NCBI RefSeq assembly: GCF_036321535.1
Contig: NC_087436.1
Span: 28,026,001 to 28,090,000 of the forward strand
Reading direction: 5' to 3'
DNA length: 64,000 nucleotides
Source: Camelus dromedarius
Taxonomy: Eukaryota
Part shown: piece after piece, positions 11,280 to 25,888 of the stretch
How positions within the stretch are numbered: position 1 is the first letter of the stretch
Layout of the letters: each line of letters starts with the position of its first letter
The notes under the pieces: model-generated
Told to the model about the DNA's origin: nothing
Database searches by the model: none
Seen by the model: the letters and a program-made list of their open reading frames with translations, nothing else
Translations under genes and position numbers: made by a program

Positions 11280-11705
11280 TGTGTAGTAGATGGTTTTTGA
11301 GTCCAACATCACTTCTGTTTTTTCCATCTATGACTACATGCACCCTAACCAGAGTATATCTCATACCACTCATGTTTCTACCTCTGGGCTTTCTAAGAAT
11401 TCAGAAGACAAGGAAGTTCATGGGTCCTAGCCGTGGAGAGTGAGCCAGCAGATAACTATCCTGGTTACCTGTCTTTAGATGGACAGTTCTGGGAAATACT
11501 CTTCATGCTTCTCAGAGGTCCCAGAGGAGTCAAGACTTGCTGCCTAGAGGAAGGATTTCACTAATGCATATTTCATGGCATCATTTTCCCTCTGGTATCA
11601 CTTTCCCCATTGGCTTACTTTTGCTTCTGGGAAACACTCCCCAAATAAACTATCTGCATCCAAGTCCTTGTCCCAGGCGATGCTTACAAGAATATTCTAA
11701 GTACA
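11280..11705 (+). mobile_element. LTR16-like (ERVL) solo LTR
   Basis: The 3' part CCCAAATAAACTATCTGCATCCAAGTCCTTGTCCCAGG...TAAGTACA matches the LTR16-family end. Confidence 0.7.
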
Positions 11706-12216
11706 ATGTTTTGCATAAACCAGTCAAACATGTATAAAGAAATTAATAATCTCCCCTCTCCATTTTTAGGCAAGGCATTGATAATACCCTACTATATGCC
11801 CTTCTACTGCTTTCTCTGTGTTCAGAGATTCCTAAGTATCCTGTGTATCTATGTCCCTATACAGCATATATACACACAATATATAGGCAGTTTTCTTGTT
11901 TGTCTATTACAGAAAAAATGAGAACATACTAACATATGTAGCTGAGTTTGATTTGTTTACTTAGGAGCTTAATATTCATCTAAGTAAATAGATTTTAGCA
12001 ATTTTTAACGTATCTGTATCTACAATATAAAATGCCTCATTCTTCATTATATTAAACATTTTGCCATTGATTATTATTCTGGTTGTTTCTAGATTGTTTC
12101 CCACTACCAAATCTTTTCATTAAACATGATGGTTGTGTTTTGTCTGGTTTTAAATTTAAGATATTTTTCCCAGGATAGACATTGTTCAATCAGTGTCCTA
12201 AAATGTACTACATCTT

Positions 12217-12244
<28 letters not shown>
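12217..12244. repeat. (CA)n microsatellite
   Basis: Direct reading. Confidence 0.95.
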
Positions 12245-12247
<3 letters not shown>

Positions 12248-13083
12248 CAGCATTTCAGAATGTGAGCACCCACTTGCCAGTTTAACAAGAAAAACATAGA
12301 TTATATAATTTTGGTTTAGCTTAAAATTTCCACACAATTGGTAAACCTGAGCAAAATTTCATATGATTATTAGCTTATACAGGCTTTCTCTAACAGGAGT
12401 TGTTCATGCTCTTTGTCATTTTACATTAGGATTTTGTCTTCTTCTTGCCAGGTTGTAAGGAGGTCTTTAAATGTGAGCAGCATGGCTCCTTTTAACATTT
12501 GCAAACATTCACTCCTCACTCTTCTCCACATCACATCTCCTGGGGCCTCTTCATTCACATGCGTGGTGCTTAGACTGGCATGACTAGAACATGGCCCATC
12601 AGTACAGCTGTTGAAAATCGATTAAAGTAGCCAAGATCAGTTTTTCCAATTAAGTGACAACACTGCTTGTGTTATCCAGTGTGGTCATTAAAAATAAGCA
12701 AAGATTATGGACTTTATTTTAAACGTTGGGATGAAATTTAAACTGTTCACGAAGGGATGACCTGATTTTATCTGTACTTTAAAAGTTCAGTGTGACAACA
12801 GCACTGAGAATTACTATGCAAGAGCACATACAGGTAATGAAGCAGACTGTGTTCAGGAGGTAGACACAAATACATCTGGAGATATTTTAGATGTGAGGAG
12901 AGTAAATAAAAAAGGATGACATTCCCTACTCATATTCCTAGCTTGATTAGCTGGATTGAGATTTGTTTTAATGAAAAGGAGAAAAAAAGGAGGATGTAGA
13001 GGAAGAAAAGATGGAGGGGGAAGGAAGAGGAGGGGGGCTATAATTAAATTCTTCAGACTGTATGCATGAGAGACTGCTGCTTT

Positions 13084-13086
<3 letters not shown>

Positions 13087-13125
<39 letters not shown>

Positions 13126-13136
13126 TACATATATAC
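13087..13136. repeat. (CA)n / (TA) compound microsatellite
   Basis: Direct reading. Confidence 0.95.
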
Positions 13137-13260
13137 AATTTTATTTTTATCATTATAACAACTCAAGGGCACAGTTATGATTTCCATCCACATATGTGAA
13201 AACTGAATTAGGTTGCAAAACTTGTGGAAGGTAGTAGATGCAGTAGATGATTTGCCAGTG

Positions 13261-13477
13261 CAGTTGATCCTTCAACAACATTGGTGTGAACTGCGAGGGT
13301 CCACTTACATACAGATATTTTTCAATAGTAAATACTACAAGTACAACATGATCCAGGGTTATTTGAAACTGAGGATGCAAAACTGCAGATATGGAGAGCT
13401 GACTATAAGTTATACACAGATTTTGGACTATGTGGATGGTCAGCGCCCCAAGCCCCGCAGCGTTCAAGGGTCAACTG
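13261..13477 (+). mobile_element. Tigger2-derived MITE (TcMar-Tigger DNA transposon), both TIRs present
   Basis: Terminal inverted repeats CAGTTGATCCTTCAACAAC ... GCGTTCAAGGGTCAACTG. Flanked by TG (left) and TA (right), consistent with a decayed TA TSD. Confidence 0.88.
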
Positions 13478-16400
13478 TATTTCAGACAAGGTAGGTAGTA
13501 AGTAGAATCCATACCCCTAGCAACAGCAAAACAAGTTAAGTAATCTGGTCAGGTAGAGGTGATGGTGCCACAGTAACTAACAAATGGAATCTCAACTGGG
13601 TGATAAATTTACCCTTGAGTTTTAAATTATCAATTGAAAATATAAATTTGTAAATGATGCAAAATGATTCCTCATTAAGAACATGGATAAAGATGACATG
13701 GCATACACCAAAAATTGTAAATTCTTGACCTATGGATTATATCTGCTCTTCTTACTGTTTTACCTTTAAACTGAGAAGTGTTGTCCCACAAAATGTGTTT
13801 TTAAAACTAACTTAACTGACGATAGTTTTTGAGAGCATTCCCCTAAAATCTGCTCTTCTGTTTCGCTGTAAAAAATAGATCAGGCATCACTGAGCTTGCA
13901 TTCCTTTTCGAAACTAAATGGAAAGCACTTTGTGACTCTTTGGGTGAAGCATGTATTTTACATTTTGACACAATTTCTCCCTTGCCTATTGTGTCCTCAT
14001 TTTAAACCCAGCTTGCATTTCCTATATCCATGCTCAGTCCACTCATCAACTCACAGTACTCACAGTTATTTTATTTTTCCATTCTAGACCTATAGAATAG
14101 AATCAGGAAATGAAAATCTAAAATTTAAAGAAATTAATTTAATCCAAGGAATAAGTGTGTTTCAGGAAGGGGGAATAATTAAAGTGCTAATTTTACTCTC
14201 CTCACAATTAAAAAGAAATGTCCACTTAAATGTTTATTAATTTAAAACATACATATGCCAAAATGATAGTTAAAGATTCTGGGCACAGGGTTAATAAATT
14301 ATAAGCCAGATTCTGGTAGGGACAATGGTCAAGCAACTAAAGAGATAATCAAGGAAAGAAACAGTTATGTAATTGGTGACAAATAAAACAATAAAGTTTA
14401 TACCATGGGATAGAAGTAACCCAGAGTGAGACACATAATGCTTACAGTAGCTGTCTGTCTGTATGCTGCTGATTTTATTAATTTTTAAGAATTTTCTTTA
14501 TTTTCTTAATTTCTATGTCACAAATTTATATTGCTATATTAAAAAAGTAATCTGTTATATTTACAGTATCTCATAAAGAGACTTTTCCAAGATTCTCAAA
14601 TCCTTTGAAAAAAGCTGTCCATGGTATGCTGACTTGATTCGAAAAAAAAGGAAAGCTTCAAAATCCCTAGACATCCGCCCAGCTGTTTCTAGCTTCTGTT
14701 ATATTTATACTGATTCATCTAGCATGGCATATAATTAGTTGTTTGGGTTACTGAATAAAGCCTGACTGTACTTGATTATGATTCAGAACACATCATTTAT
14801 ATTGTCATTATGAAGGCAGTTTCAGGCCAAGGTGCATATCAACTCCTTTTTGCTGAGAAAAACATGTAGAAAAAATGGTACATAGCCTTCTTCAAAACAG
14901 TATAAATTATTTTCTGTATGTACTTAATGGAAACATTACGTGTTTTTAATTAAATACAAATATGCTTAGAGAGTTTTCCTAAAACACCCCTATATGGGTA
15001 ACAATGTCTATGGAAGTGGTTTTTTTTTTTTTTTTTAAACAGCCTTTTAGACTAACTCAAAGTCCACGTTTATGGAAAATTTCCTCTTAAACTTAGTTAA
15101 AAATAATTAATTTATATTTACAATGCATATAGCATACTTGAACAGTTGCATCTACCTGTAATAGTGGACACTGCAAACATTTGTTAAAGAGCAAAAGAAA
15201 GGAAGGAGGTGGGAATAGAGCTGTTATGGATTAATTCTCCTTTAGTAAGGTTTTCATATATACCATTACTTCACAAAGTATAATATTTCACACCAAATCT
15301 AAAATCATACACTAGTTCATATCTCAGTTTTCTAGACTGTTTGCCAGCCCTTAAGTTGTTGCTGTATTTTTTCAATCTCAAGTATTCTCTGATTTGAAAG
15401 TAACTGAACTTAGTTTTATTTTTAAAACAGCAGGGGTATGTATAAATGCATGACTGGCATGCAAACATTTAAGAATATTTTTCATGTATAATTAGCCCAG
15501 AAATCTAATTTCAGTGGAATATCTTATGAAAGTTATAAATACAGGAACAAATTTGCCTTATAATTTTCCATCCAAGATTTCAGTAAAAAGTCACAATATA
15601 GTTTAGGAGTCATAAAAGTCTTTAATTTATGTATCAATGCCTACCTTCATTTGGGCTGGTGATCTACCTAGCAGCATGGGAGGCAGTCCCCAATTGCTCG
15701 TATCAACTACCCGGTGACAGGAGTGCTGAGATTAATTGCTTTAAGGCTAAACCTGACTAAGCTATTCTAAAGGTCAAAGACTAGCTAAAAAGCACGTGAA
15801 GACTCTGGAAGCATTTAACTACTGCAAACTACTGTAATAAATTAGTGAAAATTTGCTGGTACCTTCTTTTTTGAAAAAAAAAAAAACAAAAAACAGAGTT
15901 TTAGTGTATTAGACTCTTCTTGTGTACTCTGGAATGAGACCAGCTCCCATCTTTTTATCAGTAAAATTGATTTAGGATTTTTAGCCCCAGCATTATTCTT
16001 GCTATATGAGGGAAACAATGCTAGTTTCTTTGGTGAAAGGGAATGTATTTTACAAAATAAAGGGAAAATACAAGACACATTTGATACCTGGGTGTAATCA
16101 GTATAAAGGTAGTCTCAAATTCTGCCATTGCTGCCTGCTATTCTTGGCTAATATCTACATCCTCCAAAAGCATCATTGAAGTGAACAGTCTGAGAGATAA
16201 GATCACTCATGGGCTTTGCTATTTCACATACCTGGATCCATCCCTAGATGGATGTTTTCTACAAGAAGCACATCACCATCTTAGTCCATGAGTTGCTACA
16301 TAGGTCAGTTACTTCTACAAATTAGGGTACATCTAAAACTAGTTACCTCAAATTCTCATCTGTGATATAAAATATCTGCTGCAAAAGTGTGTTGTCACTT

Positions 16401-19400
16401 TGCCTGAGATTAGGCAAAACTTGAACAGTTCAGAATCAGGGACACTGTTAGGAATGATAACCTCTATGATTAGATATTTAAAAACAGGATGACCAAAGAT
16501 AGTAGAATTGGAAATGAAAAGCACAGAAAAGATGAACACAATTTCCATTTGGTCAGAATTATTTACAAGCATCAAGAAAAATTAGGATTCCAGGGGGAAC
16601 AAAGTTACGGACAGGAGAATTCCCAGGTTTGTTACTCCATAGTTTGGGAAACAGACCCCTTTTGATTTAACTTTTTGTCAACCTTCATGTAAACTGATTT
16701 CTTTAAAATGTGGTTCATGTTTGTCCTAATTCATGAGCTAAAAGGCCAAGTTACGGGCTAGTTTATGTGGTTACTTAAACTGTAAACAACAACAAAAAAA
16801 TTAGCTTTTCTGGACATGTTACATCACTAGAGCAGATAAGGAAGTGGTCCTCAAGACCACAAGTTTCTTCTTTTCATTATTCAAAGCAGAGTTTCTGTAG
16901 CTTCTTGCCCACAGAAATGAGCAAGGAAAAAAATCTGCTGTCAAGATTGAGTGACAACTTGTAATAATTAACATCATGAACAATAGACAGCTTTCCTTAC
17001 TCCTACTCACTAAGCATGGTATTCAGAGTCATTGAAACTGTTTGAGAGATAATAAGGACTAAAGAACTTGCAGGTGTTATACACAGAGGCAATGAGCAAT
17101 GCAGTCATTATACCCCTCTAATTCCAACCAAAACAATCTCCCAAACAGTTGCAGAGGAACTTAATGGTGACTCATTTTAAGAAGGAAGGTTCTTAAGTGT
17201 AGCCGTGAGCCACAAACCTTTGGAAGGAAGATTAGTAGGCAATTTTTGGCCTCATAGTTATAACCTTTATGGGTGATTTTACCTGAAGTTTGGCTTCTAT
17301 CTAGCTACATCTCGGATTCCTTTAAACACCTGTGTGCCTGAGATTTGCTGCGAGATTGCCATTGCCATTTTCAGAAGAATTATGCCAGCTGCTTTGGAAT
17401 TGGTAAGGGATCTATTTGAGACAGAAAGAAGTCTAGGAAATGACTGAGAGGAAGAAAGCATACAGTCTAGTTTAGGAGTCATGCTTTTCATGTCATATAG
17501 ATGGGATTTTCTTTCCCAGGGTTGTCTTTTTGAATTCCTCCTTGAAATAGCAGCCATACTGAATCCTGATGAAACAACACCTGTTTCAACCCCAGGGCAA
17601 GCTTTTGGCCAGTAATCCTTTTGGATACTGATTCATTCAAGTCTGCATAATAATTAGTGAGTCAACTTCCCTGGTTGATTTCCATTCCTATGGGCAATGT
17701 TAACTCTTCTCTGATTTGAATTGGTTTTAATTCCAGAATATATCTTCTAACAAATGAGATCTAAGTTTAAAAATACAATTTCCTTTTTAAAAAAAATTGT
17801 TAAAGTAATACTTAATTTTAAACTTTTTATGTAATGAAAAATAAAAACTCCCCCAAAATTTATATTATACATTGCAAAGCATCAGTGGCAAAAATAAAAA
17901 TATAATCTAGGACTCTGGAAATGAATTCAGTGATGTTTCTTACTATGACAGTGTCTACATTTTTATTTACTTTATATAACTTTTCCTATTTTAATGTAAT
18001 CACTTAGTTGAAAATGACACTAAATAATGATGATGCGTACTTGTTGATTTCATGTGAACTGTTCTGTCCATCAACAACACCTTTGGCCCAAGTGGTGCTG
18101 ACAATAGACATGTTCCATGAACTAACTTTGATTATATAACTTTAAAATTAAAGCAATTAGGAAATTTGCATATGCTGGTACATAAATATTAATCTAGACA
18201 TGTCATCTATAACTCATTGTGACTATAAATTTATCACGTAAACTGATGCTTTTTAAATATGATATACATACTTTATTCTATACAATAAAGAGACTTACAA
18301 ATAATTTAAAACCTTTAAGTCTTTCATATTATATCTGCAAAATATTCAAAAGATGGATCACACAAAATACAGGTAAACTCAGTTACATTTCTGAGCATAG
18401 ATTTTAGGCCAATTGTAGGATAAGGGAGATAATAATCATTTTAAAAGAGGTTCCACTAAAATATTACATTTTCTCAACCTTGTCAAGCAATCACACAATC
18501 AGAGACATTCACTGGCTCTCTGATCATTCCATTCTCTGCCATCTGCCTCCTGTATTGCTACTGAAACTATTCTTACAGAGCTCTTCAGTGAAGTTCTTTT
18601 TAAAAGATCCAACAGAAATGATATGCAACAGAGAATTGTAAAAACTGCATTGAACTATATCTGATTCACACTGAGGAACATTAAGCAGGTTGAATAACTA
18701 TTCCATAGAAGTACATGTGATGATATGAAATACACTTCAATAACTTAATAAGGCATTCTGAATAGTGTATTTTAATTTGTGTAATCTACAATTAAAAACA
18801 TAATATTAAACTTCTAAATACTAGCTTATGTCTCGAATAGAGAGAGAGGTAGAGATCAGTAAGACTGAGTTACAAAATCATCGGGAAAAAATTTAAATCA
18901 CACTCCAATTATTGGACAATAGTTATTTTTAATCAGTAGTTCTGGGGATAATTTTATTTTCCTTGATGCTTGTTCTCCTCTATTTTAAAATTTATAAATC
19001 ACATACAGTATATGTTAAAAATACATTAAAATAAAATTAATAAATATGATGTGAGAGAAGATACTAATGCCTTAAATATTTATTTTTAAACTAAAGAAAA
19101 CTATGATACAGTACAATTTTTAAATTTAATATACAACCCCCCATATAATTTAATTATATTTTTAGTATTTCATACTTTTACAGTGTTAAAATGCTGATAC
19201 TTAATAATTAAAAAGAAGAGCTGCTACAATGTGGAAAGAAATCAGATCTGATGGCAATTAAACATTTAAAATAATTAACCTGAAATTATAACTATCAACT
19301 ATCAAATGTTGCTTTTTTCCATATATATTCTCAGTCACCTGGTATTACATTGCAATAAATTAAAGTTAATGAAAATTATTTTAACATAATATCTGAATGT

Positions 19401-20669
19401 TACCATCATTATGTTCTTACTATTATTATTTCCAAAAATGAATATTTCTTTCTAAAGGAAAGAAAACATATACATACACAAATTAGCAATTTAAACTTTC
19501 CGGACTGCTCAGATCCTATTCAATGAGTTTTTCTCTCTCAGCCTTGATCCCATGTGAAAATACCACTAGCATAACTAACCAAAATACAGTTCTGAAATGT
19601 ATTTGAAAAGAGTACTGGTTATTTTTACAGTGACTACAGATGCTGGCTATTTATTTTAAACTAAACTGTTTTGAGAATGACCTGGTGAGAGATCAGGAAA
19701 ACTGTTAGGAATTTATTTGATCATATTAAATAGTCATCCAATGTACAAGTTAACAACACAGTCATCTCCTAATTATAGAGGCAATGTTTATGAAATTCAT
19801 CTCTTACATATTTTATTTTATAATACATAACTTGGCATTGTTTTTATTCAGAACTCTCCTAGCTCATCTGTCCTAGAAAAAAAGGAGCAGCGTTGTTTTC
19901 ATTTCAACCTAGAATATCAGTTTGAGATATAAAGCTCTTTTGTGAGTTTAATTCCATCATAATCTCAGTGATGTCTAACAATTAGTGAAGTATGTGCATC
20001 TTTTCTCTAGTATCATGAAACATAAATTTATGATATTTAATATAAATGTTGAAGATACTGTAATGTAAAATAGTATAAAATTTCCTTCTGATGAATTAAA
20101 TAATGAAAAAATGGATATATTTAATAAATACCATTGCTTATGTTTTGATTTATAAGAATTTATATTATTCCAAGCCCTGACAATAGTAGTGCCACTTGAC
20201 TTTTGATCAAAAATGTTTATCCTTATTTTTCATACATTTAAGTGACTACATTCTTCAGTGTTTTGGAGGCCCACAGCCACTTGAATATACCTTAGACTTC
20301 TGTTTTACTTTGATATTTTATTTTATGGCAGCTATAACAAATTACCTAAGGTGGTTCTCTTCTGTGATAAGGGAATATTAATTCTCAGGAACAGATGTGC
20401 ACTTCCCAGTTTTCCTGCCAGGTACAATAGTTGTTGTTGGGGTTTTTTTTTGTTTCGTTTTTTGCAATTTCACTTTTGTTCTGACACAGCCCTGGCTACA
20501 GAGCTAAAGATGGAATACACATTTGACAAAATTTTTGAATAGGATGTTTAAAGGGCACTTTCAAATATTATTTATTTATTTGCTGTTGTGTTTAACTTCC
20601 AAGCATCTTTTTGACAATATAACATATTAGAAAGACATACAAAAATATGTAAGTTATGGCCAACTACAA

Positions 20670-21315
20670 AGTTTTAGGGCAACTTCAGTTTGCAGCAAAC
20701 AGTACACACAAAACTTCCTCATTTCTGATACCAATTGCAAGTTTGAGGGGCAGGGTTTACAAAGCTACCTTTGGGTTTGAGAATTCACTAGAAAGACTCA
20801 TAGAACTCACTTAAAGCTAATATACTTATGTTTACAGCTTATTACATACAAGGAAAAGATACAGACTAAAATCAGCCAAGGGAAGAAGTGCATAGGGCAC
20901 AGTCAAGCAAATGTACCAAATACAAGCTTCCCAACTCATGTAGTTATGAATGCATTAAAATCCCAGTATCAATGCCAGACAATACACATGGAGTCTTGGT
21001 AACCAGGGAAGTGTTCCACTCTAGTGTACAAAGTTTTTACTGGGCTCAATCACATACTACCCTTGTGACTGACCCTTAGCCTTCAGTCCCTCTGGAGACT
21101 GGGTTAAAACTATTATTTTCTAGTCTCTTCTGGAGTCAAAACTAATAATATGTGGCCCAAAGCCCCAGTCATGAAACACACTGTTGAACTGTCTGTTGGC
21201 CAAAGCCCCCAGGCAAATAAAGGCTAACCTACTGGGAAGGAATGTCCAATGGCCTAGAGATCAGCTTGAGGGAAAAGGCCAGATCTACCGTAAGGTAAGG
21301 TTAATTCGTCACTAC
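20670..21315 (-). mobile_element. MER21/MER77-like ERVL LTR
   Basis: TTCACTAGAAAGACTCATAGAACTCAC...AAAGATACAGACTAAAATCAGCCAAGGGAAGAAGTGCATAGGGCAC is the antisense of the MER21-group U5/R region. Confidence 0.7.
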
Positions 21316-22559
21316 CTAACAGAAATCAATCAATCAATCAAACAAAAACAAAAACAAAAACTAGACATAAACACATAATTCAGCAAACATGCAATGTAAT
21401 ACTTGTCATTACCATTTCTCCCATACTTGATATTTCCAATAATTTCTGTGACTTAGCTCACAATTAGAGTAAAACTATGATGTAACTGAAGGAAACTGCC
21501 TTGCATACTATTGAGACCTTTTGGTATGGACTTAGGTGGTCCTAGTTTTACATCTCAGCTCAGTTTTTAAAAATCTAGAAAAGAACATATTTCTATCCCT
21601 TGTTTCTAGAATCAGCCCCTAAATTAAAGGAAAATTCTCAAGGGTGCATCCCTCAGATCTCACTTTATAAATATTCTTTTCTAATGGTTTTATCAACATG
21701 GAAATTACAGGAAAGAGCAGAGAAAATAGCAAACTTTCTTTTCCAGTTATTTATTTTGTCCCCTTTTCAATCTCCTGTTTCTCCATACAGAAACTCTTTC
21801 TTCTATATTAACTAGAATCAATTAACTAGTGAATGAATCTTGTAGATTCAGATGTAGATTTTCATCATCCACATAAAACTCACAATCAGTAAACAAGTAC
21901 GTGGATAGCAAAAAACTTTGAGTATATAAAATAAAGGTACATAACCTCAAACAACAAAGGACTCCTAAAAAATCAAAAGACAAATGATCCTACAGAAATT
22001 TGGAAAATATTACTAATATTACTAATATGAAGTGTACACAAGAAGACAATCAAAAATGATAAAGCACAAAAAGATACTCAGCTTCACAAATAAACAGAGA
22101 AATACAAATTATATTGAGGAAAAAAATTGTGATTTTTGCAAAATAGATTTCCAGGAACACATATTCTTAAATATGGTTATTGGGATGAGATATTAACACT
22201 GTCTTCTGAAGTAACCCCAATGATTAACGTGTTATTTTGTATATAATTGACACTCAATTAATATTCATTAAAGAATGAATGGATTCTGGAGTATAAATCT
22301 GGAATGGATATGTTTTGTTTCTGATTAAAACTACTGATCATTAAGCAGATGGACTATAATATTGACCTTTGCTAAATGTACACCAAGTCCAGTCCTATGT
22401 GGAGGAAGAAGATTGTAGTAAATGTCCAGATATACTTATGTAATTAAACCACCATAGCAATGAAGCTACTTTCAAAACCTACTTATTGTAACCAAATCCT
22501 TACATGTATATAGTTACACAATTACAAACATATACATCATTTGGTGCCAATTTATGATC

Positions 22560-22735
22560 CTCATAATACGGTAAAATTCATAGTATAGGTTTATTATGCA
22601 TATATTATGAAAAAATGAAAAAACTTAGTAAGAAACACTGAGTGAAGCAGCCAAGGCTATAAAAATTTGTAAATAATGGAGCTGGAAGTATAATTCTGTC
22701 TTCTTGACTCTCAGTCCATTACTTTTCCTCCCTAG
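22560..22735 (-). mobile_element. MIR SINE fragment
   Basis: GAAACACTGAGTGAAGCAGCCAAGGCTATAAAAATTTGTAAATAATGGAGCTGGAAG...TCTTCTTGACTCTCAGTCC resembles antisense MIR. Confidence 0.5.
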
Positions 22736-23094
22736 TACTAAAAATCTCTTTCTAGGTAAACTCTAGAAGACTCAAAATTTATAGTATGTACAAAATAGTA
22801 TCAAAAATATTACAGTAATGTAAATAATTAAAGCAGAGCTAAAACTAATTTTTACATATATATACTTCTAAATTTCTATTTTCACCTAGTACTTTCTAAA
22901 CACAAATATCTATTGTATAAGATCGGAAAAGGGAAAATCAAACATGATGATGATTTTCCCCTTTTTCTTAGATTATTACTTCTGTAGTTTAGTTCTTTGT
23001 TATCATTGTCAGCCTCTTTCAGCATAGCAAGTCATCAGTGTCTTACACTACTTCCTAGGACTGCCATGTTCTCTCTCTTTCTTTTTTAAAAAAT

Positions 23095-23595
23095 AGATAT
23101 TATCCTTTAGAGCAATTATAGGTTCATAGCAAAATTGAGCAGAAGGTACAGAGATTTCTCATATACTCTTGACCCTACACATGCATAGCCTCCCCCACTA
23201 TCAACATTCTGCCCCAGAATGTCACATTTGTTGCAATAAGTGAACCCACATTGATATATCATCACCCAAAGACTACCATTGACATTAGAGTTCACTCTTG
23301 GTGCTGTGCATTCTGTGGGTTTGAACAAATGTATAAGATGTGTGTCTACCATTACAGTATCCTTCAGAGTTGCTTCACTGCCCTAAAAATCCTCTGTGCC
23401 CCATCTATTCAATTCTCCCCTCCCAAATCCTGGCAACCAGTAATTTTTTTACTGCCTTTTCCCGAATGTCATACAATATGCACCTTTTCAGATTGGCTTC
23501 TTTTATTTAGTAACATGCATTTCAATTTCCTCCATGTCTTTCATGGCTTGATAATTCATTTCTTTTTAGTGCTTAATAATATTACAATCGTGTTT
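23095..23595 (-). mobile_element. L1MC1-like 3' end
   Basis: TTTAGAGCAATTATAGGTTCATAGCAAAATTGAGCAGAAGGTACAGAGATTTC...CACTGCCCTAAAAATCCTCTGTGC matches antisense L1MC 3' UTR. Confidence 0.85.
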
Positions 23596-24919
23596 TTTTG
23601 GATAATCTTTCTTTTAAACTCAGCAGGCTTTCTGGTCATTATGGTTTCACATTAAACACTACAAATTAATTTTAACCAAAAAGAAAATATTAACTGGTAG
23701 GAAACTGTTGTCCTACCTCAGCTTTAAAACAGAATGGACTTAACAATTTAGAAGTTATTATTTATTTAAGCTTTAGTCAAATAGCTAAATCAACTTGGCT
23801 TTCACTTGGTTAAAATATTTCTGTTGTCTTAGAATGTTATATTCTCCTAAGTTCCATTTACTGCTCTCTTACTAATTTGAATTTCAGATTTCTCCAGAAT
23901 TATAGTTCCTAAAAGCATGAAGGTCATATTTGGCTCTTCTATTCCATATGGAGCTAATAAGATCAGATAGCCTTGATTTATAAAGAGACAAATGTGGATG
24001 CTTATTTCTATGTAGGTTACTTACCTACTACTAACTGGTCAAATACTTCATTATTATTATCATTATTATTTCTATAATTTTAATGATCATCATCATTATT
24101 TTATTGTGTTTCCTATAAAGTCTATCAAACACACAAGATAGTATATATTATTTTACACTTTAAAAATTGGAATCATAGGATACAACAGCCTCAAAATATA
24201 TTTTAGAGGAACATAAGTTGTTTGACCTATTTTTTAAAATAACATACATTCCTTTTTCAATTTTTTGACCCAAAATGATTTATTTTGATATATACTTTTT
24301 ACTGATCATTTCTGAAGAATACACAATATTTTTCTGGGTAAAATTTCATTGAGAACTTATGATTTCAAAATACTAATTATTAAAAACAAATGGTTAGAAG
24401 TCATAAAAACTGAACATTACTTTTTTCTGGCTTATATATTTAATTTCACTTGCAAGTATTATGAAATAAATATATTAATAAAACATTTTGAGTATATTAT
24501 TTGATCACATGAGCCAAAAACATATTACAGTGAAATATTTCTATAGTCATACAATCACCAGAGAAAATGAAATGATTAAGAAAACATTAAGAAATTATCA
24601 AGCCACCTTTGGTAAAATAAAAGTATTCTAATTTCAACTTTCAAAAATAAAGTTAGCTCTTACTGTCTAAATTCTCTATTGAACTCAAGCACCAAGGGTT
24701 GCAAAATGCAAACTATAATACATATTCATTGAAAAATATAGAATGATTCTGTTTTTACTTCAAGGCTAGGTAGAAAGTTATTGAATATATTTACTTCTAT
24801 AATGTACTTATGTTGACATTAATATATATGCTTTATGTTACACCAACATTGTTTTTCAAAACTCAAGATGTTCAGGGTCAATTCAACCTCTACTGGTTTT
24901 ATATACTTTGAACAATTCT

Positions 24920-24992
24920 CTTTTTCTCTCAATCTCCCTCCTCCTCCTCCTCCTCCTCCTCTCTCCCTCCCTCTCTCTGTCTCTGTCTTTCT
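24920..24992. repeat. (CCT)n / CT-rich low-complexity tract
   Basis: Direct reading. It gives rise to the poly-Pro/poly-Gly ORF artefacts. Confidence 0.9.
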
Positions 24993-25617
24993 CGCCTTAA
25001 TCTGGACTACATCTGTGTGTTCAGATACACATATGTACCAAGTAAAACCATTGATTTTTCTTTTCTGTTCTCGACACAACTAATGTATCCATACAACCTA
25101 ATAAAAATATGTTTAAGAATGGAACGTAAAACAATTTTATTAGGATATTATATGAGTTCATAATATGCAGCATACAAAAAAAGGGAAAATGTCTATGCTG
25201 CAGTCAGCTAGAGAGGTGGTAAAAAAAAAGCTACAAGAATCTGGGCTGCTTTTGAAATTGTTTTTAAAGACATTTTAGTTCAGAGTGGAATATGAAACAC
25301 TTTTGGTTAAAGTCTGATATTGCTTTAATTCCCAATTTGATTTCCTCTTTAAATAGGGGCAAAAAAATGTAAGTAATAAAAAAGGAAGATATAAAGAGAA
25401 AAGAAAAATAGTCTGTCTTCAATATCATCTCAAAAAGACACCACTCATTTTCGGATTCATGATAGCTAAAAATAAAGTGACCCTAAATCTCTGATATTAC
25501 TTGATACAAAATAAGCAGTGAATATGTTGTTAAAATTGGCACCATTCTCTTTCTATTAAAATGTATTCCAAAATTATATCATCAATTTTTAATAAAAGAG
25601 CAAAAATAAACATTGCA

Positions 25618-25888
25618 TGTACTATTTAAGAGTGAAGTCTTTATTCTTCCTAGTCCTGAGGAGCTCCTGAAATTAAGCCCTGCTTGCCTTCAAAGCCAAA
25701 TACTCTGAGACAATATAGTTATTCTCTAGTTTATGGATTGACCACGTGGGGGTATGGGATTTAATCATATCATGAGTCCGTCTCTCCTACCTGTTTAATT
25801 GTGATGTCTTCTTTATGTCTTTAGTTGTAGATCTTTTCTGGTAGGTTTCAGTCATTTTCATAGATGGTTGTACTGCAGAGAGTTGTTG
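25618..25888 (-). mobile_element. Inverted L1 5' UTR fragment abutting the L1 at 25889
   Basis: The minus strand reads ...GCAGTACAACCATCTATGAAAATGACTGAAACCTACCAGAAAAGATCTACAACTAAAGACATAAAGAAG...ATCCCATACCCCC...CAGAGTATTTGGCTTTGAAGGC...CAGGAGCTCC.... This resembles the 5' end of cetartiodactyl L1s as I recall them. Confidence 0.7.

Noticed and set aside
24819..25083. Poly-Gly / poly-Pro ORFs
   Set aside because: Produced by a (CCT)n microsatellite.
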